DNA of 64,000 nucleotides from Myxococcales bacterium (GTDB lineage Bacteria; Myxococcota; Myxococcia; Myxococcales; JAKAPL01): NCBI GenBank assembly GCA_021783235.1, contig JAJXUD010000001.1, positions 170,580 to 234,579 of the forward strand, read 5' to 3'. Shown piece by piece: positions 21,380 to 29,158 of this stretch (position 1 is its first letter; each line of letters starts with the position of its first letter). The notes under the pieces were generated by a model. It saw only the letters and a program-made list of their open reading frames with translations, ran no database searches and was not told where the DNA came from. The position numbers and the translations under genes were made by a program.

Positions 21380-21993
21380 GCGAGGTCCCATCCAAACGAG
21401 GCCGCCAGCGCGACCGCTCGATTGCCGTAGTCGACGGCGGCCGGGTTTGGGTTCGGGCCGACGGAGTGTGGACCGCCGTTGTGGACGCGGAAGGCAAGCG
21501 CCATGTCGTTCCCCGCCGGCGGCATGTCCTCGCGGAGGAAGAACTCCGCCGCGTGCCAGGCCCACTCGTAGAGCTCGAGCCCCTGGGTGTCGACGCCTGC
21601 GTACGCCTCGCGCGCGGCCAGCGAATCGGGAGCGACGCCGGCGGGCGGCGCCCAGAAGCCAAGCTTGATGGCGTTGACGCGCTCGATTTGCCACGGGGAG
21701 ATGGACGGACCGCCCGGGGCAAGGTGCGGGTTCGCGTCGCCCACTCCGCCATTGAAGGACCGCTCCGTGGCAGCGAGGACGAGCAGCGCGCGCATGACGT
21801 CGACGGCCCTTGCGAGCTCGGCGGGCGAGAGAGGCCGCATCGCCCGGATGACGCCGTAGATCACCGGGAGGCGGAGCGCGTCGACGTGCGGGTTCCCCGT
21901 GCGGAGGAGCTGCATCAGATCCATCACGAGCGCGGCTCCTCCGGCGAGGACGACGCCGGCGACGGCGAGCAGGGCGAAGACCGTCCGCCGCAC
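21376..21993 (-). CDS. E1 membrane-anchored lytic transglycosylase-like protein
   Basis: N-terminal TM; 'RALLVLAATERS', 'GD..APGGPS...Q', 'HNGG' align with the SLT of E2. Confidence 0.7.
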   Translation of the reverse strand: MRRTVFALLAVAGVVLAGGAALVMDLMQLLRTGNPHVDALRLPVIYGVIRAMRPLSPAELARAVDVMRALLVLAATERSFNGGVGDANPHLAPGGPSISPWQIERVNAIKLGFWAPPAGVAPDSLAAREAYAGVDTQGLELYEWAWHAAEFFLREDMPPAGNDMALAFRVHNGGPHSVGPNPNPAAVDYGNRAVALAASFGWDLA

Positions 21994-21994
21994 G

Positions 21995-22321
21995 TCACGG
22001 GACCGCCCGGAGCTCGAGGCCCATGATGGCGAGGAGCAGCACGGCGCCGACCCCGCCGACGATCCAGAGCGTCTTGCCCAGCCCGGTTCCGATCTCCTGC
22101 TCGGTCTTCTTGGCTGCCTTCTCGACGATGCCCTTCGACTGCTCCGCCTGCTTTGCCTGCGCCTTGACCTGCTGTGCGGCCTGCGGGTCGAGTCCCTGGT
22201 CTTTGGCCGTCTGCGAGCCGTAGACATCGGCGGCGAGGGTGGACTTGCCGCCGAAGTAGTGGTCGACGAGGTCGCCCGTGCCGGCGAGCCCAAGCTCAAA
22301 GTTCTGGAACGCGGATGCCAC
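21995..22321 (-). CDS. E1 putative virion membrane protein (C-terminal TM)
   Basis: 108 aa; C-terminal TM resembles that of 37152-37481. Confidence 0.65.
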   Translation of the reverse strand: MASAFQNFELGLAGTGDLVDHYFGGKSTLAADVYGSQTAKDQGLDPQAAQQVKAQAKQAEQSKGIVEKAAKKTEQEIGTGLGKTLWIVGGVGAVLLLAIMGLELRAVP

Positions 22322-23083
22322 TCAGCGCGCCCCGTAAATCGTCATGCGGCCGGCCACTCCCGCCGGGGTATTGGTCCCGGTCTGAAAGAGCACCTGGACC
22401 AGCGGAGGGCATCGGATCGGGGAGTAGAACCACAGTGGATTTGTGCCGCCCGAAACGCTGGACCCGGGATTGGAGCCGCCCAATTGAAAGATCGCTTGTC
22501 CGCCGGACGGAGCTGCGAGTCCGCCATTGGCGAGCATGAATTGCGTCCCGTCAGAGCGCACCCCGAGGACGGTCAGCGCGGTCCCGCCTGAGGTAAGTAC
22601 ACCGATTTCCGTCTCGATAACGATGTATGGAAAGTCCGACACGTCAAGGATGCCGGAGTCCACGATCGTCGCTAACGACCCTGGCGTGTTGCCCGTCCCG
22701 TCGAAAAGCTGCTTCGCGGCGGATGCTTGCAGCGGAGCGATATTCCCGAGACGATCGAGGCCCGCCACGGCCAGGGGATTCTCCGATGGCACGCCGCCGG
22801 TCGGATCTGGGCCGTAGACGACGCCGGAGGCCTGCGGGGCATCGGGCAGCTCGAGCAGGTCGGACTCCGAGCTGGCGATCCAAATCGAGAGCGGCATGGC
22901 GCCGGCCTGAAAGACCACCTGCGCGCGCGCGCGATTCCACGCCTGCTTCGAGAGCTGCATCGGGAGCCAGAGGCCGCCCTCGGGCTGGTAGGTCGCGGCT
23001 CCAATCGCCGACGCCGGCGAGAAGCCCCACACCGGCCCCGGGACGAGGATCTGCGCGCCTGCGGCGATCTTCTGGAGGCGCAT
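22322..23083 (-). CDS. E1 putative spike/receptor-binding protein
   Basis: Beta-rich; 'ENPLAVAGLDRLG' matches E2 'ESPFGEQLAGLDATG'; lower-GC C-terminal domain. Confidence 0.55.
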   Translation of the reverse strand: MRLQKIAAGAQILVPGPVWGFSPASAIGAATYQPEGGLWLPMQLSKQAWNRARAQVVFQAGAMPLSIWIASSESDLLELPDAPQASGVVYGPDPTGGVPSENPLAVAGLDRLGNIAPLQASAAKQLFDGTGNTPGSLATIVDSGILDVSDFPYIVIETEIGVLTSGGTALTVLGVRSDGTQFMLANGGLAAPSGGQAIFQLGGSNPGSSVSGGTNPLWFYSPIRCPPLVQVLFQTGTNTPAGVAGRMTIYGAR

Positions 23084-23084
23084 G

Positions 23085-23606
23085 TCAGCTCCCCCCGAAC
23101 GAACTGCGCGCCTGCGACCCGAGCGTCCGCGTGAACCCGCCCGGCGCCGGCGGGTTGAACGTCGGCGTCGGTGGGGGGTTGAACTGCGACGGTGGCCCCG
23201 GGTTCGCCGGCGACGAGCCGCCGCCGAAGACGCCCGAGAGCGCCCCGCCCCCCATGATGGCGAGCGCGGCGGTCGAGGTCATCTTCGAACCCTGCGTCAA
23301 GGATCCGAGGAGGGCCTCGTCGCGAGCATCGAGGCCTCCCATTGTCCCGTTGTCGATGAGCGACTTCCCGAAGCCGAAGGCGTTGAGCGCGGGAATCGTC
23401 TCGACGGTGGCGCCGAGACCCACCTCGGCGCCGCGACCAATGGCGGTCCCTACGTCGCCCAGGGCGGCGCCGACGTTGCCCTTCGCGAGGTCCTTACCAC
23501 TCTTGGCGAGCTCCGTGGCCGTGACCTTGGCCGATGCGCCGACGGCGTCGACCGCTGTTTTCGCCGGCGACAGGAGCTTACCCGCCCACGTGTTCCAGAA
23601 GCTCAC
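23085..23606 (-). CDS. E1 Gly/Ala-rich putative virion protein
   Basis: 173 aa in the structural operon, tightly packed. Confidence 0.6.
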   Translation of the reverse strand: MSFWNTWAGKLLSPAKTAVDAVGASAKVTATELAKSGKDLAKGNVGAALGDVGTAIGRGAEVGLGATVETIPALNAFGFGKSLIDNGTMGGLDARDEALLGSLTQGSKMTSTAALAIMGGGALSGVFGGGSSPANPGPPSQFNPPPTPTFNPPAPGGFTRTLGSQARSSFGGS

Positions 23607-23607
23607 G

Positions 23608-23856
23608 TTAGAACGCCGACACCAGCTGGCTGGCGCTGCTGATCAGCCCTGGCGCGGCGGAGACGAGCGCGTTCAGGTTGAAGCCTCCGCCGGCCGCGGG
23701 CGCGGCCGCCGGCGCCGCAGGCGCGGCCGCCGGCGAGCTCGAGCTCGAGCTCGCCGAGCTGCTTTTCCTGCCCTTCCAGAACTCCCAGGCGGCGAACCCG
23801 CCGCCGGCGACGGCGACGGGAGCCGCGATGAGAGCGATGATCGTGCCGGTCTTCAT
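23608..23856 (-). CDS. E1 small virion membrane protein
   Basis: GAGG RBS, N-terminal TM; directly after the capsid gene, as in E2. Confidence 0.65.
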   Translation of the reverse strand: MKTGTIIALIAAPVAVAGGGFAAWEFWKGRKSSSASSSSSSPAAAPAAPAAAPAAGGGFNLNALVSAAPGLISSASQLVSAF

Positions 23857-23893
23857 GTGACCTCTCGTGCAGCGGGAGACTGCCTGGCGCCGA

Positions 23894-25354
23894 CTAGAAG
23901 ATCGAAGCGATGCGCTGGACGAGCGCCTGCGCCGTCACGTTGGCCACCTTCAGCTGGCCCTGGTTCTCGACGCCGTGCCCCAGGATCTTCTGCGCCATCT
24001 GCATGTGGAAGATCGTCCCGATGCCGCCGCCCCGGTTCGAGCTCGCGTAGCCGGGCATCGCGGCCGTCAGCCACTTCACCGCGTGGGCGAGCGACGCCGT
24101 CCCTGCCGACGAGTCGAGCCCGCCAGGGTGGTTGGCCGCCGCGCTCTGCGCCGATGCCGCGAGGTAGGACGGCACGTCGTCCACCGGCGGCGCACCCCGC
24201 GCGAAGATCGTGCCGGGCGCGAGGTCGTAGCCGGGGTGGCCCTCGCGCAGCACCGAGAGGGGAGCGATGGCCCCGACGTGCTCGGGGACGCGCTTCCCCT
24301 CCGCGCCGAACCTCGTGGCCAGCCGGAACTTCTTCGGGCCGTGCTCGCTCCCAAGCAGGTTGGTGCCGACGCGGGAGACCGAGGACTTCGTGTTCTTCTC
24401 AACGTAGACGACGCAGAGCTTCGGCGCCGTGAGATCGTCGTTCGGCTGGCTGAAGACCAGCTCGTCCGCCGAATCGAGCGAGGCGAGCTCGTCGAACGCC
24501 GGGGCGACGTAGAGCGGCGTCGCGAGCGAGCTCCAGTCGAAGCTACCGAGCGGCAAGTCCTCGAAGTAGCTCGAAAGAACCTGCGCCGCAGTCGCGATGC
24601 CCTGCATCCGGCGGCCGTCGGCGTCGATCGTGAAGAGCGTGAGCGGCGAGGCGGCCGCCGCGTAGCCCTGATCCATGACGGCGAGGATCGAGCCGCCGGC
24701 GCCGGTCGGCAGGGGGATGTTGATCCCGGCCGTGGTGGTCTCGCGCAGCTTCGGGACGGTCGCCCAGTCGTCACCGTCGGCGGGGATGTCGTCGAAGATG
24801 ACGAGGACCGGAACGTTCGTGGCGTTCGCGACGGAGACTTTGCCCCCGTCGAACGTCGGGATCGCGCCGGGCGTCAGAGCGAGCTGCAGCTGCTTCATCT
24901 GCGAGGCGCCGGGGCAGGTGTCGTGCATCCGCGACCCGAGCCGCTCGAAGCTGAATGAACGGACGATCTCGACGATGGGCGTCAGCGAGCCCCCCGCCGG
25001 CACCGCGACCTGGCCGGCGGCAACGGACGAGAGCGGGATGTTGGAAATCTTGAAGTCCTGCTCCTCGAGGACCCCTTGGAGGAGCCGAAGCAGCGGGAAG
25101 GGCGTGTTCGGGTCGACCACCTCCGGCTCCGTGTCGCCGAACTGGAGGGAGAGATTGCCGGCGATCGCTGCGGCGAGGGTGGCGCAGTCTGCCGGGGTCA
25201 TGTTGTAGGCCGCGGCATCGGTCGAGGTCAGCTGCGGAGAGCAGCGCAGGCGAATCCGCGTGCACTTGCGGCCGGCGTCGAAGCGGATCGGCTTCTGGAG
25301 GACGCCGGGGGCGCCACTGCCGAGAGCGACGGAGAACTGATTGGCCTGCTTCAT
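23894..25354 (-). CDS. E1 putative major capsid protein (double-jelly-roll-like, with C-terminal extension)
   Basis: Largest gene, GAGG RBS, after ATPase + small TM gene; alternating beta-strand pattern; homologous to 32915-34207. The fold is inferred. Confidence 0.65.
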   Translation of the reverse strand: MKQANQFSVALGSGAPGVLQKPIRFDAGRKCTRIRLRCSPQLTSTDAAAYNMTPADCATLAAAIAGNLSLQFGDTEPEVVDPNTPFPLLRLLQGVLEEQDFKISNIPLSSVAAGQVAVPAGGSLTPIVEIVRSFSFERLGSRMHDTCPGASQMKQLQLALTPGAIPTFDGGKVSVANATNVPVLVIFDDIPADGDDWATVPKLRETTTAGINIPLPTGAGGSILAVMDQGYAAAASPLTLFTIDADGRRMQGIATAAQVLSSYFEDLPLGSFDWSSLATPLYVAPAFDELASLDSADELVFSQPNDDLTAPKLCVVYVEKNTKSSVSRVGTNLLGSEHGPKKFRLATRFGAEGKRVPEHVGAIAPLSVLREGHPGYDLAPGTIFARGAPPVDDVPSYLAASAQSAAANHPGGLDSSAGTASLAHAVKWLTAAMPGYASSNRGGGIGTIFHMQMAQKILGHGVENQGQLKVANVTAQALVQRIASIF

Positions 25355-25416
25355 CGAATACCTCTTCGCGTTGGACTACGTTCGGGGGGGGGTGCCTTTG
25401 GGGGGGTTCGGCGCTC

Positions 25417-25539
25417 TCAGCCCGTGGTGGCGGGCTTGAGCCTGCCGATCTTCGGGATCCCGCTGTAGGCGGCGGCGACGGCGCCGCCGGCGAAGGCGAG
25501 CAGGGTGGCGGTGACGAGCATCCAGGTCTTGATCTTCAC
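25417..25539 (-). CDS. E1 40-aa membrane protein between ATPase and capsid genes
   Basis: GAGGAG RBS, GTG overlaps the ATPase stop; MKIKTWMLVTATLLAFAGGAV... Confidence 0.6.
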   Translation of the reverse strand: MKIKTWMLVTATLLAFAGGAVAAAYSGIPKIGRLKPATTG

Positions 25540-26228
25540 GACGTCTCCTCTTTGCGGTCGCCCTGCTTCCAGAGGACCGGCGGGTTGCCCTTCTTGAACG
25601 TGGCGAGAGAGGCCGCGACAACGCGACCGATCTTCGGCGCGAGTAGCGCGAGGTCGCCCTCGTCCTCCTGCGCGAACAGCAGCGCGCGCGTGACGTTGCG
25701 CCGCGCGTCCTTGCAAATCCGACCCCACCCCTGCGCGATGAGGATGAGCCTGATCCCGGCATGGCCGCCGCCGGTCGAGAGGCGATTGATGAGGGGGACG
25801 GCGAGGCGCGAGTAGAGGCCCCCTTCCTCGAGGACGACGTCGACGTCGCCGGCGGCCCAGCACCAATCGAGCGCGCGAGAGACGCGGCGGCCGAGTTCGG
25901 CCTCGTCCAGCGTGTGCGGGTCGAGGACCACCCTGCAGCGCGACGCGCGCAGGGGCGCGCAGCGGGCCTCGACGAGCTCCTCGTAGGTCCAGGCGTCGCC
26001 CTGCCAGGTCCGCCGGCGGGCCTGCCCGGCCGCGGCCCGGCGGCGGTCGAGCGACGAGTAGGGATCGAAGACGACGAGGCGAGGCGAGCCGGCGAGGCCC
26101 CGCTGCACGATGGTCGTCTTCCCGAAGCCCGAGAGTCCGCAGGCGGCGAGGGTGCCACCGTCCTCGAGGGCGCTGACATGCTGGGCGGCGGGCGAAAGGA
26201 GGGCTGCCATGAGAAGGGCGAGGGTCAC
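25536..26228 (-). CDS. E1 genome-packaging ATPase (FtsK/HerA, A32-like)
   Basis: Walker A GLSGFGKT, 'LVVFDP', Walker B 'VVLEE', 'GGGHAGIRLILIAQ' sensor motif; 230 aa. Confidence 0.85.
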   Translation of the reverse strand: MTLALLMAALLSPAAQHVSALEDGGTLAACGLSGFGKTTIVQRGLAGSPRLVVFDPYSSLDRRRAAAGQARRRTWQGDAWTYEELVEARCAPLRASRCRVVLDPHTLDEAELGRRVSRALDWCWAAGDVDVVLEEGGLYSRLAVPLINRLSTGGGHAGIRLILIAQGWGRICKDARRNVTRALLFAQEDEGDLALLAPKIGRVVAASLATFKKGNPPVLWKQGDRKEETS

Positions 26229-26680
26229 GCCGGGGCCACCGGGGAGACGGGGTCATTCAGGCCGGCGGCGGCGCGCATGAGCGCCTTCCGGCCGAAGGCG
26301 CAGGCGACCGCGCCGAACTTGACGAGCTTCGATCCGGCGCCCTGCGTCCACTCGCAGAGGAGCCCGGCGAGCTCCTCCGAGGCGTCGTCCGTGCCGTCGG
26401 CCAGCGCGGCGCCGATGTCGCGCGAGGCGAAGGTGCCGACGATGACGGCGATTCCGAGGAGCGCCGTGTCCGTGACCCGACGCATCGATCGGCGGTAGGC
26501 ATCGGGCACGGCGGCGGGCTCGGGGCTGACCGCGGCCGCGGAGGGGGGAGGGGCGCCGTCGTCCTGGTCGCGCGTCTCGGCGAGCTCGGCCGTGGCCTCG
26601 TCGAGCTCGGCCGTGGCCTCGTCGAGGCTCCTCTCGAGGAGCTCGGGGTCGGCGGGAGTGACGGGACGAAGCTGCGCCAT
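26225..26680 (-). CDS. E1 first late-operon protein (acidic/Pro-rich N-terminus, hydrophobic helices)
   Basis: Coupled to the ATPase gene; positional counterpart of 31553-32056. Confidence 0.6.
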   Translation of the reverse strand: MAQLRPVTPADPELLERSLDEATAELDEATAELAETRDQDDGAPPPSAAAVSPEPAAVPDAYRRSMRRVTDTALLGIAVIVGTFASRDIGAALADGTDDASEELAGLLCEWTQGAGSKLVKFGAVACAFGRKALMRAAAGLNDPVSPVAPA

Positions 26681-26715
26681 GGCCCGCACCGTGCCCGGGA
26701 GACGCCACGGGCGGA

Positions 26716-26751
26716 AGCGACAAGAGCGACAAGAGCGACAAGAGCGATAGG
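26716..26751. promoter_or_regulatory. Four 9-bp direct repeats (AGCGACAAG), putative operator
   Basis: Located between the divergent late operon and HTH gene. Confidence 0.55.
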
Positions 26752-26799
26752 GTGGCGGAAGCCGGCTTAGACTGGCGTGCGATGACCGAGGGAGGCCGC

Positions 26800-26967
26800 G
26801 TGAACCGAAAGTGGGTCGACACAGGGGAAGCTGCGCGCGCCGAGTCCGTCACGCGCCGCACCGTCGAGCGCTGGGCACGCGAGCAGCGGATCCTCGCGCG
26901 ACGAGCGACGCGCCAGTCCCCCTGGCGCATCGCCGTCGACGGCGAAGGGTTTACGATCGAGCGCTAG
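26800..26967 (+). CDS. E1 excisionase/MerR-like HTH protein
   Basis: GGAGG RBS + GTG; 'VDTGEAARAESVTRRTVERWA...PWRI'. Confidence 0.8.
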   Translation: MNRKWVDTGEAARAESVTRRTVERWAREQRILARRATRQSPWRIAVDGEGFTIER

Positions 26968-27326
26968 AACAGCCGGGCACTGACGACGCCCGTGCGCGTC
27001 GCCGAGGCGCTGCCCTCTTTCGCCTCGAGCCGGAGGAGCTCGGTCGGCGTCGGCTTGCGCGAAAACTGAGCCGTGAAGGTGACGCCGTCCACCAGGAGCT
27101 CGACGTGCTCAATCACGAGCGGATGAGCCGGCGCAAAGCGGATCTGCATCATCGAGACCGCCGCGTGGCGCTTCCCGCCGAGGGACTCGAGTCGGTCGAC
27201 GGCCTCCCTGCTGTCGAATCCCAGCGCGACGCTCGGAAATTCCCCGTGCGGGAGCGATAACACCTTCGCAGCGAGGATCTTCAGGAAGGACAGCGGGCGC
27301 TCCTCAAACAGGGGTTCGGCGGACAT
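26964..27326 (-). CDS. E1 hypothetical protein
   Basis: GAGGTG RBS, 120 aa. Confidence 0.6.
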   Translation of the reverse strand: MSAEPLFEERPLSFLKILAAKVLSLPHGEFPSVALGFDSREAVDRLESLGGKRHAAVSMMQIRFAPAHPLVIEHVELLVDGVTFTAQFSRKPTPTELLRLEAKEGSASATRTGVVSARLF

Positions 27327-27329
27327 ACG

Positions 27330-27782
27330 TCACCTCGGAGAAGGGGCGCGCGGCCCCGGTGAAACCCCGTCCGGATGGCCGGGGCATGGGATCGTCGACG
27401 TGCATGGGCCGTAGGGTGCCCGCGACGCGCCGCAGAGGCGCAGCTCGTCGACGAAAAAGGAGCCGCAGTCGCACGGCTCCCAGCAGAGAACGTCGGAGCT
27501 GAGGACGCGCAGCGGCTCCCAATAGGCCGCTCGAAGCCGCCGGCAGTGGCGGCAAAACCGGCCGATGTAGATCGTCACGCCGAGCGAGAGCTGGCTGGTA
27601 GGAGCGGGCACTAAACCTCCGGCGGTAATGCGCTCGGCGGCGTAGAGCTCGTCGGCGAGCTCCGCTAGGTCCCCGCGCTCGAGCAGCTCGCGCATCCACT
27701 GAATCCGCCCCTGCCAGGCGCGGCGCAGCTCTGCGACGCGCCTCATAGTAGTTTCCAATCGAGCCCGCTCGTCTCGCGTCAC
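27330..27782 (-). CDS. E1 Zn-binding protein, homolog of 30082-30726
   Basis: QLSL, CRHC, CDC, 'DE..LCG', 'CT...PC..H' shared with the E2 copy. Confidence 0.7.
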   Translation of the reverse strand: MTRDERARLETTMRRVAELRRAWQGRIQWMRELLERGDLAELADELYAAERITAGGLVPAPTSQLSLGVTIYIGRFCRHCRRLRAAYWEPLRVLSSDVLCWEPCDCGSFFVDELRLCGASRAPYGPCTSTIPCPGHPDGVSPGPRAPSPR

Positions 27783-28669
27783 GGGGAACCTCCCGACGGC
27801 GAGGCTCGCTCGGAATCGACGAGGCGCCAGAACTCACCCGCCTCGGGGGAGCAGCTCGAGCTGAGTGCACTCGACGCAGGAGCAGAGGAATCCGAGCTCG
27901 CGGAACGAGCGGACCCGGGCACAGCAGAGGAACCGCCAGCGATGGCGCGAGACGCGCTCGAGCTTTGCCCGGACGCAACAGCGGGAGCAGATCCATTCGC
28001 GGGGGTTGAAGGCCGGGGTTGGGGCTGGCATGGCTCCTCCGTTCTCCGCACGTCGGCGAGAAAATCCTGCACGATCTGCTCGGGCGATCTGGGATCCGGG
28101 ACGAGCTCGAGGCGGCGAGGCGGAGCAGCCGTCCGGCGGAGCTCCGAGATGGCCGCCTTCGCCCGGGTGAGTTCGGCGAGCAGCTCGCGCTTCTCATGGA
28201 CGCGCGTGGCCACCGCGGAGCTCAGCTCCGCGTCGCGCTCCCGAAGCTGGCGTTCCAGAAATGCGATCTTTCGTGCGCGAGCCCGCGCCTTTGCCTGTGC
28301 GACGGGAGCCCATCCCCCATCGAGAGCCCCGGCGTCGAGCGGCTTCGGTTCGCCCGCAGGCGGCGGGGGCGCTTTCGGCTCAGAAACGGGCGCCGGCGGC
28401 GCCGGCGCTCCTCCTGCATCCCCCCATACCCCCGAAAGGCTAGAAGCTATGATCGAAGCCTCTTGATCTACAGACAGAGGCGTAGTGCACAACGCCACTA
28501 CGGCGGGGGCCGGAATCGAGCCGCGGCCGGCCGGAGACAACGCCGGCGTTGCCTCTCCGCCGGGCAGGAGGCGGAGGGGCGTTTCTGTCAGGGGGTCGGG
28601 CGGAGCTGCGGGTCGAGGCTCTCCCCAGACGATCCTCGGGGTCCAGCGCGTTGCCCGAGAAGGGACGTT
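27779..28669 (-). CDS. C-terminal half of the E1 putative replication protein
   Basis: Reads NVPSR across the core in the same frame as the N-half; Pro-rich linker, 'LSGVWG', coiled coil. Confidence 0.6.
   Translation of the reverse strand, partial: NVPSRATRWTPRIVWGEPRPAAPPDPLTETPLRLLPGGEATPALSPAGRGSIPAPAVVALCTTPLSVDQEASIIASSLSGVWGDAGGAPAPPAPVSEPKAPPPPAGEPKPLDAGALDGGWAPVAQAKARARARKIAFLERQLRERDAELSSAVATRVHEKRELLAELTRAKAAISELRRTAAPPRRLELVPDPRSPEQIVQDFLADVRRTEEPCQPQPRPSTPANGSAPAVASGQSSSASRAIAGGSSAVPGSARSASSDSSAPASSALSSSCSPEAGEFWRLVDSERASPSGGSP
27834..28031 (-). CDS. E1 small Cys-rich protein (overlaps the rep C-half out of frame)
   Basis: GGAGGAG RBS; CSRCC, CC and CSCVEC motifs. Confidence 0.55.
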   Translation of the reverse strand: MPAPTPAFNPREWICSRCCVRAKLERVSRHRWRFLCCARVRSFRELGFLCSCVECTQLELLPRGG

Positions 28670-28678
28670 ATGTTCCAC
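28651..28678 (+). other. dif-like attachment site M: TTGCCCGAGAA-GGGACG-TTATGTTCCAC
   Basis: Shares 15 bp with site L and 16 bp (AGGGACGTTATGTTCC) with site R; TTATGTT matches the XerD arm of E. coli dif. Confidence 0.85.
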
Positions 28679-28826
28679 TCCGGCATCCGCATCTGACCCC
28701 TCTACCCCGCCGCGCCCTTTCCGGACAAGGCCCACCCGTCAGGGGGGCCGGTGACCAGCTCGAGCGCCGCCGCTTCCCCTGTTCCCCCGACCGCCGGGCC
28801 GGCGTTCACACCCAAGGAGATCGAAG

Positions 28827-29069
28827 ATGCACTCGTCAACGACCAACTATCTGCGTCCGACGTTCGAACAGATCGAGCTGATGAAGGGCGTGCGCTTCTC
28901 GATCAAGGAAGCGATCGAGAAGGTGCAGCGGATGGTTCCGGAAGGGCGCTATCAGAGCCTGGCCTTGACGGCTCTGGAGCAGGCCGCGATGTGGGCCAAC
29001 AAGGGGATCACCCGGAACTCGGACGGCTCGCCGCGGGACGGGGCGATCGAGGAGCCGCTCGAGCCGTAG
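28827..29069 (+). CDS. Acb2/Tad1-like helical hairpin protein (putative anti-defence)
   Basis: AAGGAG RBS; 'NYLRPTFEQIE...PEGRYQSLALTALEQAAMWANKGI'. Confidence 0.65.
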   Translation: MHSSTTNYLRPTFEQIELMKGVRFSIKEAIEKVQRMVPEGRYQSLALTALEQAAMWANKGITRNSDGSPRDGAIEEPLEP

Positions 29070-29158
29070 GGCCAGCGCCGCGGCCGGTCCTCAGGGGCGC
29101 CCTGCGCGCCCTCCGGCTCGAGCTGGAGGCCCTCAGGCACCCGACCGTCAGGCCCACC

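Larger units (their letters stand above)
18882..28669 (-). mobile_element. Provirus E1 (9,773-bp unit), putative tailless double-jelly-roll virus without integrase
   Basis: Flanked by 15-bp direct repeats; packaging ATPase, capsid-like protein, SLT-like enzyme, small membrane proteins, HTH; largely gene-for-gene syntenic with E2. Confidence 0.85.

Noticed and set aside
28751-29158. N-terminal extension of the E2 Rep shown in the ORF track
   Set aside because: It overlaps the better-supported 28827-29069 gene, which has its own RBS; Rep motifs begin only after ~29200.
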